Counted from the stretch's first letter, positions 8,993-18,041 are shown. The stretch is 64,000 nucleotides of DNA from an uncultured Christensenella sp. (GCA_910584155.1 CAJTYG010000006.1:67844-131843); one strand, 5' to 3'. Made by a program: numbers and translations. The notes: generated by a model from the sequence alone, not told the origin.

Positions 8993-11491
8993 ATGACAGA
9001 AACAGATTACAAAAACATACTTGCCTCGCTCACTCTCGAGGAAAAGGCGTCTCTTTGTTCAGGTATGACAAACTGGCTCACGCAGTCCGTTGAAAAGGCG
9101 GGAATCCCCGCAGTTTGGGTTTCGGACGGTCCAAGCGGTCTGCGCAAGGAAAAGGTTAAGGAAAGCGGAACAAACGTTATGGGCGAAGCGGAGCCCGCCA
9201 CCTGCTTCCCCGGCGCAGCGACTCTTGCGTGCAGCTGGGATACGGAGCTTGCAGAGGAAGTCGGCTCGGCTATTGCAAGAGAATGTAAGGCGCTCAAGGT
9301 CAGCACCGTGCTCGGTCCCGGCGTAAACATAAAGCGCAGCCCTCTTTGCGGAAGAAACTTCGAGTATTATTCGGAGGATCCATTTCTTGCAGGCAGAATG
9401 GGCGCAGGCTGGGTGCACGGCGTACAAAAGGAAAACGTAGGCACGTCGCTCAAGCACTTTTTGGCAAACAATGAGGAGCATATCAGAATGACTGTATCGT
9501 CAGTAGTAGACGAGCGTGCTTTGAGAGAAATCTATATGCCCGCATTCGAGTATATCGTAAAGCAGGAACAGCCCACAACGGTGATGTGCTCATACAATCG
9601 CCTGAACGGCACATATCTTAGCGAAAACAAGCGTATGCTCACCGACGTTTTGCGCAACGAATGGGGCTTCAAGGGCATCGTCGTAAGCGACTGGGGCGCA
9701 GTAAACGACCGTGTTGAGGGCGTAAAGGCAGGGCTTGACCTCGAAATGCCCGGCAACAAAGGCATAAATGACAGGCATATTGTCGAAGCCGTCAAGGCAG
9801 GCAGGCTCAGCGAAGAAGAGCTTGACGCTATCGCCCTGCGTATGATCAGATTTGCATTTGAAAACGACGCAAATACAGTCGACGGCTACAAAGTAGATTT
9901 GGAAGAAAACCATAGAATAGCGAGAAAAGCCGCAGCAAACAGCGCAGTTCTTCTCAAAAACGACGACAAGACGCTGCCGCTGAATAAAACTCAAAACATT
10001 GCGGTCATAGGACGTCTTGCAAAAGTCCCACGTTTTCAGGGCGCAGGCTCAAGCCATATAAACACCACAAAGATAGTATCCTTCACTGACGCTCTCGACG
10101 CTGCGGGACAAAAATACGAATATGCCGACGGCTACAAGATGAAGGGAGAGGGCGAAAGCGCTTCCCTGCTCAAAAAGGCGCTTAAGGTCGCAGAGGGCAA
10201 GGACGCAGTAGTCGTATTTGCAGGCTTGACGGACGCATTCGAGTCCGAGGGCTACGACCGCACACGTCTCAGTATGCCCAGAGCACACGACGTGCTTATC
10301 GAGGAGCTTTTAAAGGTCAATCCAAACGTCATAGTCGTGCTGTCCTGCGGCGCACCCGTGCTCATAAAGAAGTGGGCTAAGAGCGTAAAATCTATCCTCA
10401 ATCTTTACATAGGCGGACAGGCTACGGGCGAGGCGGCATACGACGTGCTGTTTGGCAACGTCAATCCCTCGGGCAAGCTTGCCGAGACCTTCCCCCTGCG
10501 CAACCGTGACAACATCGTGTCGTCATACTTCCCGATGGGACCACGCACCTGCGAGTACAGAGAGAGCGTTTACGTAGGCTATCGCTACTTTGACAAGGCA
10601 AACAAAAAAGTACGCTTCCCGTTTGGCTACGGCTTGAGCTATACGCAGTTTGAGTATTCCGATCTGAAGATAGCATCCGAAAGCGGCAATACGGACAATT
10701 TCAAAGAGGACGACAATATAAACGTCACCTTCACAGTCAAAAACGTCGGCGATGTGGACGGCGCAGAGGTCGCTCAGCTTTATGTAAGCGATTTGCAAAG
10801 CACCATTTTCCGCCCCGTCAAAGAGCTCAAGGGCTTTAAAAAGGTATTCCTTAAGGCGGGCGAGGCAAAGCAGGTCACAATCACGCTTGACAGCCGTGCG
10901 TTTGCATATTACAACGTGCTCATAAACGATTGGCACGTCGAAAGCGGCGATTTCGAGATAGAGGTCGGCGCATCGTCAAGAGACATAAAGCTCACAAAGA
11001 CGATATACGTCACTTCGGCAAACCCCGACGCTCCCATTCCCGACTACCGTGAAACGGCGCCCTACTACTATGAGCTCAACGGAACGGAAACGGAAATACC
11101 GACCGAGCAGTTTGAAGCTGTCTACGGCGATAAAATGCCCGACAATTCCGATTTTAAGAAGGGCGAGCTTACAGCCTGCAACAGCGTAGGTCAATGCGCA
11201 GTGTCCCCATGGGGAAAGTTTATCTACCGTGCGGCAATGATAGGCGCAAAGTTTATTGCTATGTCTGCGGAAAATCCCGAGATGATAACCGAGTCCGTCA
11301 AAGATATGCCCTTGCGTGCGGCAACTGCAATGACGGGCGGACTTGTCCCCGAAATGTCGCTGAACGGACTTGTGGATATGGTCAACGGCAAGAAAGGCGG
11401 CTTTAGAAAATTCTTAAAAGGCTTCAGCAAAAAGAACAGAAACGCAACCGACGTCCCGTCCTATGCCACGTCGACCGCAGAAGATAAATAA
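8993..11491 (+). CDS. Glycoside hydrolase family 3 beta-glucosidase-like enzyme
   Basis: GFKGIVVSDWGA carries the GH3 nucleophile in the SDW context. Also KHFLANNEE and a C-terminal Fn3-like domain (NVGDVDGAEVAQLYV). ATG 8993 follows GGAGG. The ORF-track start at 8975 is TTG. Confidence 0.85.
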   Translation: MTETDYKNILASLTLEEKASLCSGMTNWLTQSVEKAGIPAVWVSDGPSGLRKEKVKESGTNVMGEAEPATCFPGAATLACSWDTELAEEVGSAIARECKALKVSTVLGPGVNIKRSPLCGRNFEYYSEDPFLAGRMGAGWVHGVQKENVGTSLKHFLANNEEHIRMTVSSVVDERALREIYMPAFEYIVKQEQPTTVMCSYNRLNGTYLSENKRMLTDVLRNEWGFKGIVVSDWGAVNDRVEGVKAGLDLEMPGNKGINDRHIVEAVKAGRLSEEELDAIALRMIRFAFENDANTVDGYKVDLEENHRIARKAAANSAVLLKNDDKTLPLNKTQNIAVIGRLAKVPRFQGAGSSHINTTKIVSFTDALDAAGQKYEYADGYKMKGEGESASLLKKALKVAEGKDAVVVFAGLTDAFESEGYDRTRLSMPRAHDVLIEELLKVNPNVIVVLSCGAPVLIKKWAKSVKSILNLYIGGQATGEAAYDVLFGNVNPSGKLAETFPLRNRDNIVSSYFPMGPRTCEYRESVYVGYRYFDKANKKVRFPFGYGLSYTQFEYSDLKIASESGNTDNFKEDDNINVTFTVKNVGDVDGAEVAQLYVSDLQSTIFRPVKELKGFKKVFLKAGEAKQVTITLDSRAFAYYNVLINDWHVESGDFEIEVGASSRDIKLTKTIYVTSANPDAPIPDYRETAPYYYELNGTETEIPTEQFEAVYGDKMPDNSDFKKGELTACNSVGQCAVSPWGKFIYRAAMIGAKFIAMSAENPEMITESVKDMPLRAATAMTGGLVPEMSLNGLVDMVNGKKGGFRKFLKGFSKKNRNATDVPSYATSTAEDK

Positions 11492-11518
11492 TCGATATTC
11501 TAAACGACTGTAATTACA

Positions 11519-11549
11519 AAATAACGCCAGATAGGCGTTATTTTGTTTT
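11519..11549 (+). terminator. Rho-independent terminator after the GH3 gene
   Basis: AAATAACGCC-agata-GGCGTTATTT followed by TGTTTTG. Confidence 0.6.
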
Positions 11550-11661
11550 GCGGGGCGCTTTTACTTTGTAATTGACGATTGACACCCGCATAATTTATTA
11601 TATAATATAATTGTTTATAGATATCATCACCGGCATATATTACACGACCAAAGGACGTAAT

Positions 11662-14283
11662 ATGAAAAGGACGAAAAAATTATATTTATTTGCCATACTG
11701 TTGCTTGCCGTTTTGGCTTGCATTTTTGCATTGACCGCCTGCGATAAAGCCGAAATCAAAAGTAAATTGCCAAGCGAACGTGTCGAGGGAAACTGCACCG
11801 TCAAAGGATATACCCGCTACTTTATGCCAAACGGAAGCTACTTTGACGACGTTGACGACGATTTTGGCGAACATTCCTATAAGCAAGAGGTCATATCGGT
11901 GCTGTCCTGCACCGTTGACGGCAGGACAAAATACACATGCTCGTTTTGTGATGATACTTATTATGAAGACGTCCCGAGCATAGGACACGTTTTTGACGAA
12001 GAAACGATTTCAGAGCCTACCTGCACCTCTGCAGGTCTTAAAAAATTTTCCTGCAAAAACTGCGATCACAGCTATGAACAAACCATAGACGCTTTGCCGC
12101 ACGACTATGTGCAGACGGCGCATACGGACGCTACCTGCACTCAAGCCGGACACACCGATTACAAATGTAAAAACTGCAACGCTACCAAATCGGAGCCCAT
12201 AGATAAGCTCGAGCACAGTTTTTTAGAAACAGCACGGCAGGACTCTACGTGTACACAGGCAGGATACATCAACTACAAATGCAAAAACTGCGACGCTACA
12301 AAGTCGGATACGATAGAAAAAAAGAAGCACAGCTACACCGAGCTCGAGCGCACCCCTGCGACTTGTACGCAAAACGGACGTGTCGTTTATAGATGCAGCG
12401 CATGCGGCGATGAAAGCATACAAACACTCGATAAAATAAATCACGCCTATTCCGTCATCGAGCAAACGCCGTCCACCTGCACACAAAACGGACGTGTAGT
12501 ATACAAATGCAGCAACTGCGACGATATATACGAAGAAATTTCCGAAAAGATTGGGCACGAATATAAAACCACCGTCACAAGCGAGCCTACCTGCACGCAT
12601 GAGGGCTTGTCCGTTGACGTTTGCAAGCACTGCGGACACACTGTCGAGCACAGCGTTCCTACAGTCCCTCATACCCCGTCAGCGGCCACTTCAGGCAACA
12701 GCGAGGGACATTGGCACCCCTGCACGGTTTGCGGCGGCGTATGCGGCTTCGAGGCGCACAGCTACAGCGTTACGCAGGTGCCGTCCACCTGTATAGAACA
12801 CGCATATACGCACAATGCCTGCAACGGCTGCGAATATGCTTACGACATAATAGATGAAAACTCCGCCCTTTCCGCCCACGATTATGATGCATATCTCTGT
12901 CTGTATTGCAAGCGGGACCAGATGCAGGAGCACTTGACGGAATTCCACAGCAAAGGCAGCAGTAAAAACGAGCTTATCGAGATAACCTCGCCGCAAAAGC
13001 TGATAATGTTTTACGACTTCCTCGTCTTTTATGAAATAACCGAATATAAACTGTTTAAGGTGACATACATTGAATTCACGGAAGACACGGTGAAAAGCTT
13101 CTTTTCGGGCGTATCTCACACCTTGACTGCCACAAACTGGACGTTGAATTTTCAATATTTTTCAAACACCCTGACAAAAGAAATATTATACTTCGCAGCG
13201 TGCGCACAAAACAGCGACAACTTTGTGTTTGACGAAGCCGCCACCGTTTCGCCCGACCAATATGACGCAGAAACGTATGTGCAATATCAATCATATCAGT
13301 TTGTCAAAACGGACGAGCCACGCTCGGCAGATTTTGACGGCTTTAAGTACAAAAACCGCAGCAACAGCATAAGCGTAAGCTCATCCGATCAACTGTTTTT
13401 CGCATTTGAACACGGATACCGGCCGCTGCCGCAAAGCGGGTCGAAAGCGCAGGATATACTCGACAAAGCCAAAACTGTGGCAAGAGGCATAATGAGCGAC
13501 AGTATGTCCGACGTTGAAAAGCTCAAAGCAATTTATACCTATCTCGTAAGCGACGTTGCGTACGATCAGACGGTAATAAAGTCAAGCAATCAGACCGCAT
13601 TGCACTTTGCGAAATGCACGTCATACTATGCAGAAGGCGTGTTTGACTACGGCATTGCGGTGTGCGACGGCATTGCAAAGGCGTTTTGCATACTCGCAGG
13701 GCTTGAGGACATCATATGTCTGCGCATAGTAAGCTCCAACCACGCTTGGAACAGGGTTTATGTCGACGTCAACGGCGACGGCAATATGACTTGGCAAAAT
13801 ATTGACGCCACTTGGGCAAATCAAGGCATACAGTATAGCGATGAATACGGCGAGTATCTGATACTGTCGCACTTCCTGTTTACGGACGCACAAAAGGCGG
13901 AGCAAGGACAGGTCGCCCAAAATTACACGGGTATGGCGGAAGCAAGCGTTGAAGAAAACCCGTTTGAGCACTTCTACTTTGACGGCGAAGCCACCGCCGA
14001 GCACGACTATGTGATCGAAAGCGACAACGAGCTCACGTTGCTTATCGCCTATCTTAAAGACAACTTCAATCAGTTTGAAAGAGGCGATAAAGTGACAGTC
14101 CAAATATTTATTCCCGTGACCTATTGCGAGCGCAGTGAGATAAACGACACAATATCCTACGCACTGCGCAATAATTGGATAATGTCGTCAAACGCATCGC
14201 TCAGTATATCCAACAGCGCAACCGTTTACAATCAAACCGAAGGGCACTTTGTCACTTTGTTTTTGCTTAAATTCAACGCATAA
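11662..14283 (+). CDS. Lipoprotein with tandem His/Cys3 modules and a C-terminal transglutaminase-like cysteine-protease core
   Basis: ATG 11662 follows AAGGA. Signal peptide plus lipobox: MKRTKKLYLFAILLLAVLACIFALTAC. Eight or more Cys-rich modules. C-terminal AVCDGIAKAF...SSNHAWNRVYV...WQNIDATW fits a Cys-His-Asp transglutaminase core (Cys codon 13663, His 13741, Asp 13804). Confidence 0.75.
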   Translation: MKRTKKLYLFAILLLAVLACIFALTACDKAEIKSKLPSERVEGNCTVKGYTRYFMPNGSYFDDVDDDFGEHSYKQEVISVLSCTVDGRTKYTCSFCDDTYYEDVPSIGHVFDEETISEPTCTSAGLKKFSCKNCDHSYEQTIDALPHDYVQTAHTDATCTQAGHTDYKCKNCNATKSEPIDKLEHSFLETARQDSTCTQAGYINYKCKNCDATKSDTIEKKKHSYTELERTPATCTQNGRVVYRCSACGDESIQTLDKINHAYSVIEQTPSTCTQNGRVVYKCSNCDDIYEEISEKIGHEYKTTVTSEPTCTHEGLSVDVCKHCGHTVEHSVPTVPHTPSAATSGNSEGHWHPCTVCGGVCGFEAHSYSVTQVPSTCIEHAYTHNACNGCEYAYDIIDENSALSAHDYDAYLCLYCKRDQMQEHLTEFHSKGSSKNELIEITSPQKLIMFYDFLVFYEITEYKLFKVTYIEFTEDTVKSFFSGVSHTLTATNWTLNFQYFSNTLTKEILYFAACAQNSDNFVFDEAATVSPDQYDAETYVQYQSYQFVKTDEPRSADFDGFKYKNRSNSISVSSSDQLFFAFEHGYRPLPQSGSKAQDILDKAKTVARGIMSDSMSDVEKLKAIYTYLVSDVAYDQTVIKSSNQTALHFAKCTSYYAEGVFDYGIAVCDGIAKAFCILAGLEDIICLRIVSSNHAWNRVYVDVNGDGNMTWQNIDATWANQGIQYSDEYGEYLILSHFLFTDAQKAEQGQVAQNYTGMAEASVEENPFEHFYFDGEATAEHDYVIESDNELTLLIAYLKDNFNQFERGDKVTVQIFIPVTYCERSEINDTISYALRNNWIMSSNASLSISNSATVYNQTEGHFVTLFLLKFNA
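11872..12915 (+). repeat. In-frame tandem array of 38-aa (114-bp) H-x(12)-C-T-x2-G-x6-C-x2-C modules
   Basis: The leading His falls at residues 88, 126, 164, 202, 240, 278, 316 and 354 of the 890-aa track ORF, an exact 38-aa period. Degenerate units follow up to about residue 435. Neighbouring units share DNA identity, for example TGCACTCAAGCCGGACACACCGATTACAAATGTAAAAACTGCAACGCTACCAAATCGGA versus TGTACACAGGCAGGATACATCAACTACAAATGCAAAAACTGCGACGCTACAAAGTCGGA. Confidence 0.85.
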
Positions 14284-14300
14284 ACCAAATGGAACAATAC

Positions 14301-14330
14301 AAAAACTCCGCTGAAATCAGCGGAGTTTTT
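14301..14330. terminator. Bidirectional terminator between convergent genes
   Basis: AAAAACTCCGCTGAAATCAGCGGAGTTTTT is a perfect hairpin flanked by an A-run and a T-run. Confidence 0.7.
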
Positions 14331-14351
14331 AATGTCAAATATTCAAATATT

Positions 14352-15530
14352 TTAGTTTTCTGCGCTGCCCCAACGGCTCGAGCCGTCCTTTAACATCCTG
14401 TCTGCGACCTCATATGCAAGCGCAGGATTGTCCGTCATAATTGCGTCCGCCCCGTTTTTGATGAGAGTCTCAACGTCGTCGGCTTCGTTTATCGTCCAAT
14501 ACTGCACCGCTATGCCTATGCTGTGAGCATAATCGATAAACGCCTTTGTGGACAAATCGAAGAAGTTGTCAAAGCCCATCGGTATTTGCAGCACGTCATA
14601 GCCGAGCTTGTCGGGATTCTGCTTTACTCCCCAAAGGAAAGCGTAATAGAAATTTAAAACCTCAAGTATACCTGCCGAGCGTTTGACCTCGTTGCCGTAT
14701 TTGTCGTCGATATACTTTGTAATATCGCCGTTGAATGTTCCGACAATGGTGCGGTCAACGATGTCGTAGTCCTTCATAGCCTGAAACAGCTTGTCCATTG
14801 CCTCTTTGCCTACGTCGCCCTTGTCCTTTATTTCTATGATGTAATTGAGATCCTTATTCGGACGCATTCCCTCAAGATAAGTGAGCACCGTATCGAGCGT
14901 GAGTATACGCACGTCGTCGGGCACGTTTTCTATATTGCGATAGGGATACGTTCCGTCGGGGGCTTGAAAGTTGTATCCGAAGTTGAGTTTTTGAAGCTCC
15001 TGCAAGGTTTTGTCTTGTATTTTGACGCCCTTTTTGCCAAACACCTGCACGCCATCCGAAGTACGGTCCACCTCGTGGTCGTGCATAAGCACAAGGTATC
15101 CGTCCTTTGTCAGATGCAGGTCAAATTCCACGATATCGACACGGTAGTCGGTCGCTTCCATACAAAGCTTAAAAGCTGACAGAGTTTCTTCGGGCGCAAG
15201 GTCGCCTCCCGCACGGTGTGCAGACAGCATAGTGCCCTTGTCTCTGTTGATAGCTATGTATTGATTGTGCCCGTCGTATGTATCCACGCTGTCAACTCTC
15301 GCACACGCTCCCGTCAAAGGAAGTATGATGATGTTGAGGATGAACACAAACAGCAGCGCACCCACGATAGGCAGAGATATTTGCTTTGCAAGCTTTCTGC
15401 GGCGCTTCTTTTCCGCCGCCTTTGCAGCCTGCTTTGCGCCCATATCGGACAGTATGCCCGTGCCGCCGTTGCTGTCGGAAGTGTCTTCGGTCACAACTTC
15501 CTCTGCTTTTTGGTTGATTTCGTCCTGCAT
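14352..15530 (-). CDS. Membrane-anchored glycerophosphodiester phosphodiesterase (GDPD family)
   Basis: HRAGGDLAPEETLSAF and EFDLHLTKDGYLVLMHD are GDPD motifs. The N-terminus has an acidic then basic stretch followed by one TM helix (ISLPIVGALLFVFILNIIILPL). Confidence 0.8.
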   Translation of the reverse strand: MQDEINQKAEEVVTEDTSDSNGGTGILSDMGAKQAAKAAEKKRRRKLAKQISLPIVGALLFVFILNIIILPLTGACARVDSVDTYDGHNQYIAINRDKGTMLSAHRAGGDLAPEETLSAFKLCMEATDYRVDIVEFDLHLTKDGYLVLMHDHEVDRTSDGVQVFGKKGVKIQDKTLQELQKLNFGYNFQAPDGTYPYRNIENVPDDVRILTLDTVLTYLEGMRPNKDLNYIIEIKDKGDVGKEAMDKLFQAMKDYDIVDRTIVGTFNGDITKYIDDKYGNEVKRSAGILEVLNFYYAFLWGVKQNPDKLGYDVLQIPMGFDNFFDLSTKAFIDYAHSIGIAVQYWTINEADDVETLIKNGADAIMTDNPALAYEVADRMLKDGSSRWGSAEN

Positions 15531-15608
15531 AATTTCACCCTTATTAAGTTTTGATTGTAATAGTATAACACGAAAAGCAAAATTAGTAAATAGCGCTATC
15601 GTTTAAAT

Positions 15609-15644
15609 ATCAAAAATAAAAACGCCTCACAGCTCGTAAGGCGT
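15609..15644 (-). terminator. Rho-independent terminator of metA
   Basis: The reverse strand reads ACGCCTtacgagctgtgAGGCGTTTTTATTTTT. The hairpin overlaps the metA stop codon. Confidence 0.55.
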
Positions 15645-16529
15645 CACCTGATATACATAATAGTTTAGCCAATTATAAAACAGCAGATTGGCGGTAGACT
15701 TCCACTTCATATCCACGCTGTCAATATTTCCGTCCACAAAATAGTTTATGGGCATATCGATATCAAGCCCTTTATTGAGGTCACGCAGATATTCGTTTTT
15801 AAGCGTATATCTGTCATATTCGCTGTGTCCCGTGAAGAAAAACGACCTGTTGTCAGATGTTTTTGCAATGGCGACGCCGCCGTCCTCATACTCGGCAAGC
15901 ACCTGTATTTGTCCGCACCTGCGCAACGCCTCGTCGTCTATAGCGGTATGACGGGAGTTAGGGATATAAAAAACGTCGTCCATTCCCTTTAAAAGCAAAT
16001 CGTTTTGCACTACCGCATGGGCGCCGTATACGCCGAACATCTTTTTGTCGAGCCCGAATTTCTTTATGCCAAACTTGTGATATAGCGCAGCCTGCGCACC
16101 CCAGCAGATATATATGGTGCTTGTCACCGAGCTTTGCGCAAAGTCCATTATTGTCGTGAGCTCTTTCCAATACTTGACGTCCTCAAACGGTATCGTTTCA
16201 ACTGGTGCGCCCGTGACTATCATTCCGTCAAACTTCATCTCACACACCTCGTCGAGGCTCTTATAAAACTTTTCCATATGCTCGCCCGACACGTGTGTTG
16301 CCGCATATGAGCTCGTTTTTATAAGCGTTACGTTCACCTGCAACGACGAATTGCCCAACAGCCTGAGCAGTTGAGTTTCGGTCGTTTCCTTTGTGGGCAT
16401 AAGATTGAGAATCGCAATCTCTATGGGACGTATATCCTGACGGACGGCTCTTTCGTGGTCCATCACAAAGATGTTTTCCTCTCTTAAGCCTGCAAATGCG
16501 GGTAAATCGTGCGGTATGACAATGGGCAT
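15627..16529 (-). CDS. metA: Homoserine O-acyltransferase (MetA family)
   Basis: MPIVIPHDLPAFAGLREENIFVM is the N-terminus characteristic of MetA/HTS. 300 aa. Adjacent to a Cys/Met-metabolism PLP enzyme. Confidence 0.85.
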   Translation of the reverse strand: MPIVIPHDLPAFAGLREENIFVMDHERAVRQDIRPIEIAILNLMPTKETTETQLLRLLGNSSLQVNVTLIKTSSYAATHVSGEHMEKFYKSLDEVCEMKFDGMIVTGAPVETIPFEDVKYWKELTTIMDFAQSSVTSTIYICWGAQAALYHKFGIKKFGLDKKMFGVYGAHAVVQNDLLLKGMDDVFYIPNSRHTAIDDEALRRCGQIQVLAEYEDGGVAIAKTSDNRSFFFTGHSEYDRYTLKNEYLRDLNKGLDIDMPINYFVDGNIDSVDMKWKSTANLLFYNWLNYYVYQVTPYEL

Positions 16530-16550
16530 ATTCTTCCTTTAAAACAGGCG

Positions 16551-16754
16551 TTTTTTCCTGCAATTTTGATGTATTTTTGATGTATTTTTGGCTATTTTTT
16601 GCCGTTTTTCGGGCGTTTTTCGGCTGTTTTTCGATCGTTTTTTGGCCGTTTTTTAGCTGTTTTTGGTCGTTTTTTGCATGTTTTTCGGCTGATTTTTAGC
16701 CGTTTTTTGACTATATTTCGCCTATGCTTTGCATATATTTTTGCTTATATTTTG
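16551..16754. repeat. Degenerate 10-12 bp tandem repeat (consensus about sGCyGTTTTTT) giving helically phased T5-6 tracts
   Basis: T-runs start at 16564, 16574, 16585, 16595, 16605, 16616, 16627, 16638, 16649, 16660, 16670, 16681, 16693 and 16703. Weaker runs follow at 16716, 16728, 16738 and 16750. Mean spacing of the first 14 is 10.7 bp. Confidence 0.9.
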
Positions 16755-18041
16755 TTAAAAGCTGAGCTTATCGAGCGCTTGCTTTACGTCGTCGATGAGG
16801 TCGTCTGCGTTTTCTATGCCGCAAGACAGACGCACAAGGTCGGGCGAAACGCCTGCAGCCAACAGCTCGTCGTCGCTCATCTGACGGTGAGTTGCGCTTG
16901 CGGGGTGCAGACAGCAGCTGCGTGCGTCGGCAACGTGCGTCTCAATAGCTATGAGCTTGAGGTTTTTCATAAATTCCTCCGCATTGCTGCGACCGCCCTT
17001 TACGCCGAAGCTCACGACTCCGCACGTTCCGTTCGGACAGTATTTTTTTGCAAGCTCATAGTTTTCGTCGCCCTCGAGCGAGGGATAGACCACCCAGCTT
17101 ATTCTGTCGTCAGACTTCAAAAACCTTGCCATTTTCAAGGCGTTTTGGCAGTGGCGCTCCATCCTCACGTGCAAGCTTTCAAGCCCTAAATTGAGCAAAA
17201 ATGCGTTTTGCGGACTTTGTATGGAGCCAAAATCTCTCATAAGCTGCGCCGTGCATTTTGTGATAAAGGCGCCCTCTTTGCCAAAGCGCTCCGCATAAGT
17301 TATGCCGTGATAGCTTTCGTCCGGCGTGCAAAGACCGGTAAATTTGTCTGCGTGCGCAAGCCAATCGAATTTGCCCGAGTCCACTATAGCGCCGCCCACC
17401 GCTGCGCCGTGTCCGTCCATATACTTTGTCGTAGAGTGCGTCACTATGTCTGCGCCCCACTCTATAGGACGGCAATTTACAGGCGTTGCAAAGGTATTGT
17501 CGACGATAAGCGGAATTCCGTTTACGTGCGCAACCTCCGCAAAAGCCTCTATATCAAACATGGTCAGCGCAGGATTTGCGATTGTCTCGCCGAAAATAGC
17601 CTTTGTGTTTGGGCGGATAGCCTGCTGAATCTGCTCCTTTGTGCTGTTTGGCGCAATAAAGGTAAACTCAATGCCCATCTTGCGCATTGTCACGCTAAAC
17701 AGATTGAAGGTGCCGCCGTATATCGTAGACGTGGACACAACGTGGTCGCCTGCGTTTGCGATGTTGAAAACCGCATAAAAGTTTGCGGCCTGTCCCGACG
17801 AGGTAAGCATACCTGCCGTGCCGCCCTCGAGCTCGGTTATCTTTGCGGCTACATAATCGTTTGTGGGGTTTTGCAGACGTGTATAAAAATATCCGCTCGC
17901 CTCAAGGTCGAACAGCTTTGCCATATCGCCGCTCGTATCGTATTTGAACGTGGTGCTTTGCACTATCGGAATCTGCCTCGGCTCTCCGTTTGAGGGGGTA
18001 TATCCGCCCTGCACGCAAGATGTTTCGATTTTTCTTTTCAT
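16755..18041 (-). CDS. metY: O-acetylhomoserine sulfhydrylase / aminocarboxypropyltransferase (Cys/Met-metabolism PLP enzyme)
   Basis: 428 aa. HSTTKYMDGHG carries the PLP lysine in the S-x-T-K context. The family N-terminus is TRLQNPTNDYVAAKITELEGG. Confidence 0.8.
   Translation of the reverse strand: MKRKIETSCVQGGYTPSNGEPRQIPIVQSTTFKYDTSGDMAKLFDLEASGYFYTRLQNPTNDYVAAKITELEGGTAGMLTSSGQAANFYAVFNIANAGDHVVSTSTIYGGTFNLFSVTMRKMGIEFTFIAPNSTKEQIQQAIRPNTKAIFGETIANPALTMFDIEAFAEVAHVNGIPLIVDNTFATPVNCRPIEWGADIVTHSTTKYMDGHGAAVGGAIVDSGKFDWLAHADKFTGLCTPDESYHGITYAERFGKEGAFITKCTAQLMRDFGSIQSPQNAFLLNLGLESLHVRMERHCQNALKMARFLKSDDRISWVVYPSLEGDENYELAKKYCPNGTCGVVSFGVKGGRSNAEEFMKNLKLIAIETHVADARSCCLHPASATHRQMSDDELLAAGVSPDLVRLSCGIENADDLIDDVKQALDKLSF

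Noticed and set aside
16551-16754. A regular short repeat array that might be taken for a CRISPR array
   Set aside because: Units are only 10-12 bp and directly abut one another with no spacers. There are no cas genes and no leader. It is a T-tract minisatellite, not a CRISPR array.
16599-17189. A 196-aa + strand ORF with striking FGRF/FLAVF peptide repeats
   Set aside because: The repeats are simply the T-tract DNA repeat read in frame. The rest of the ORF is antisense to the well-supported metY gene. There is no SD, and the composition is implausible.
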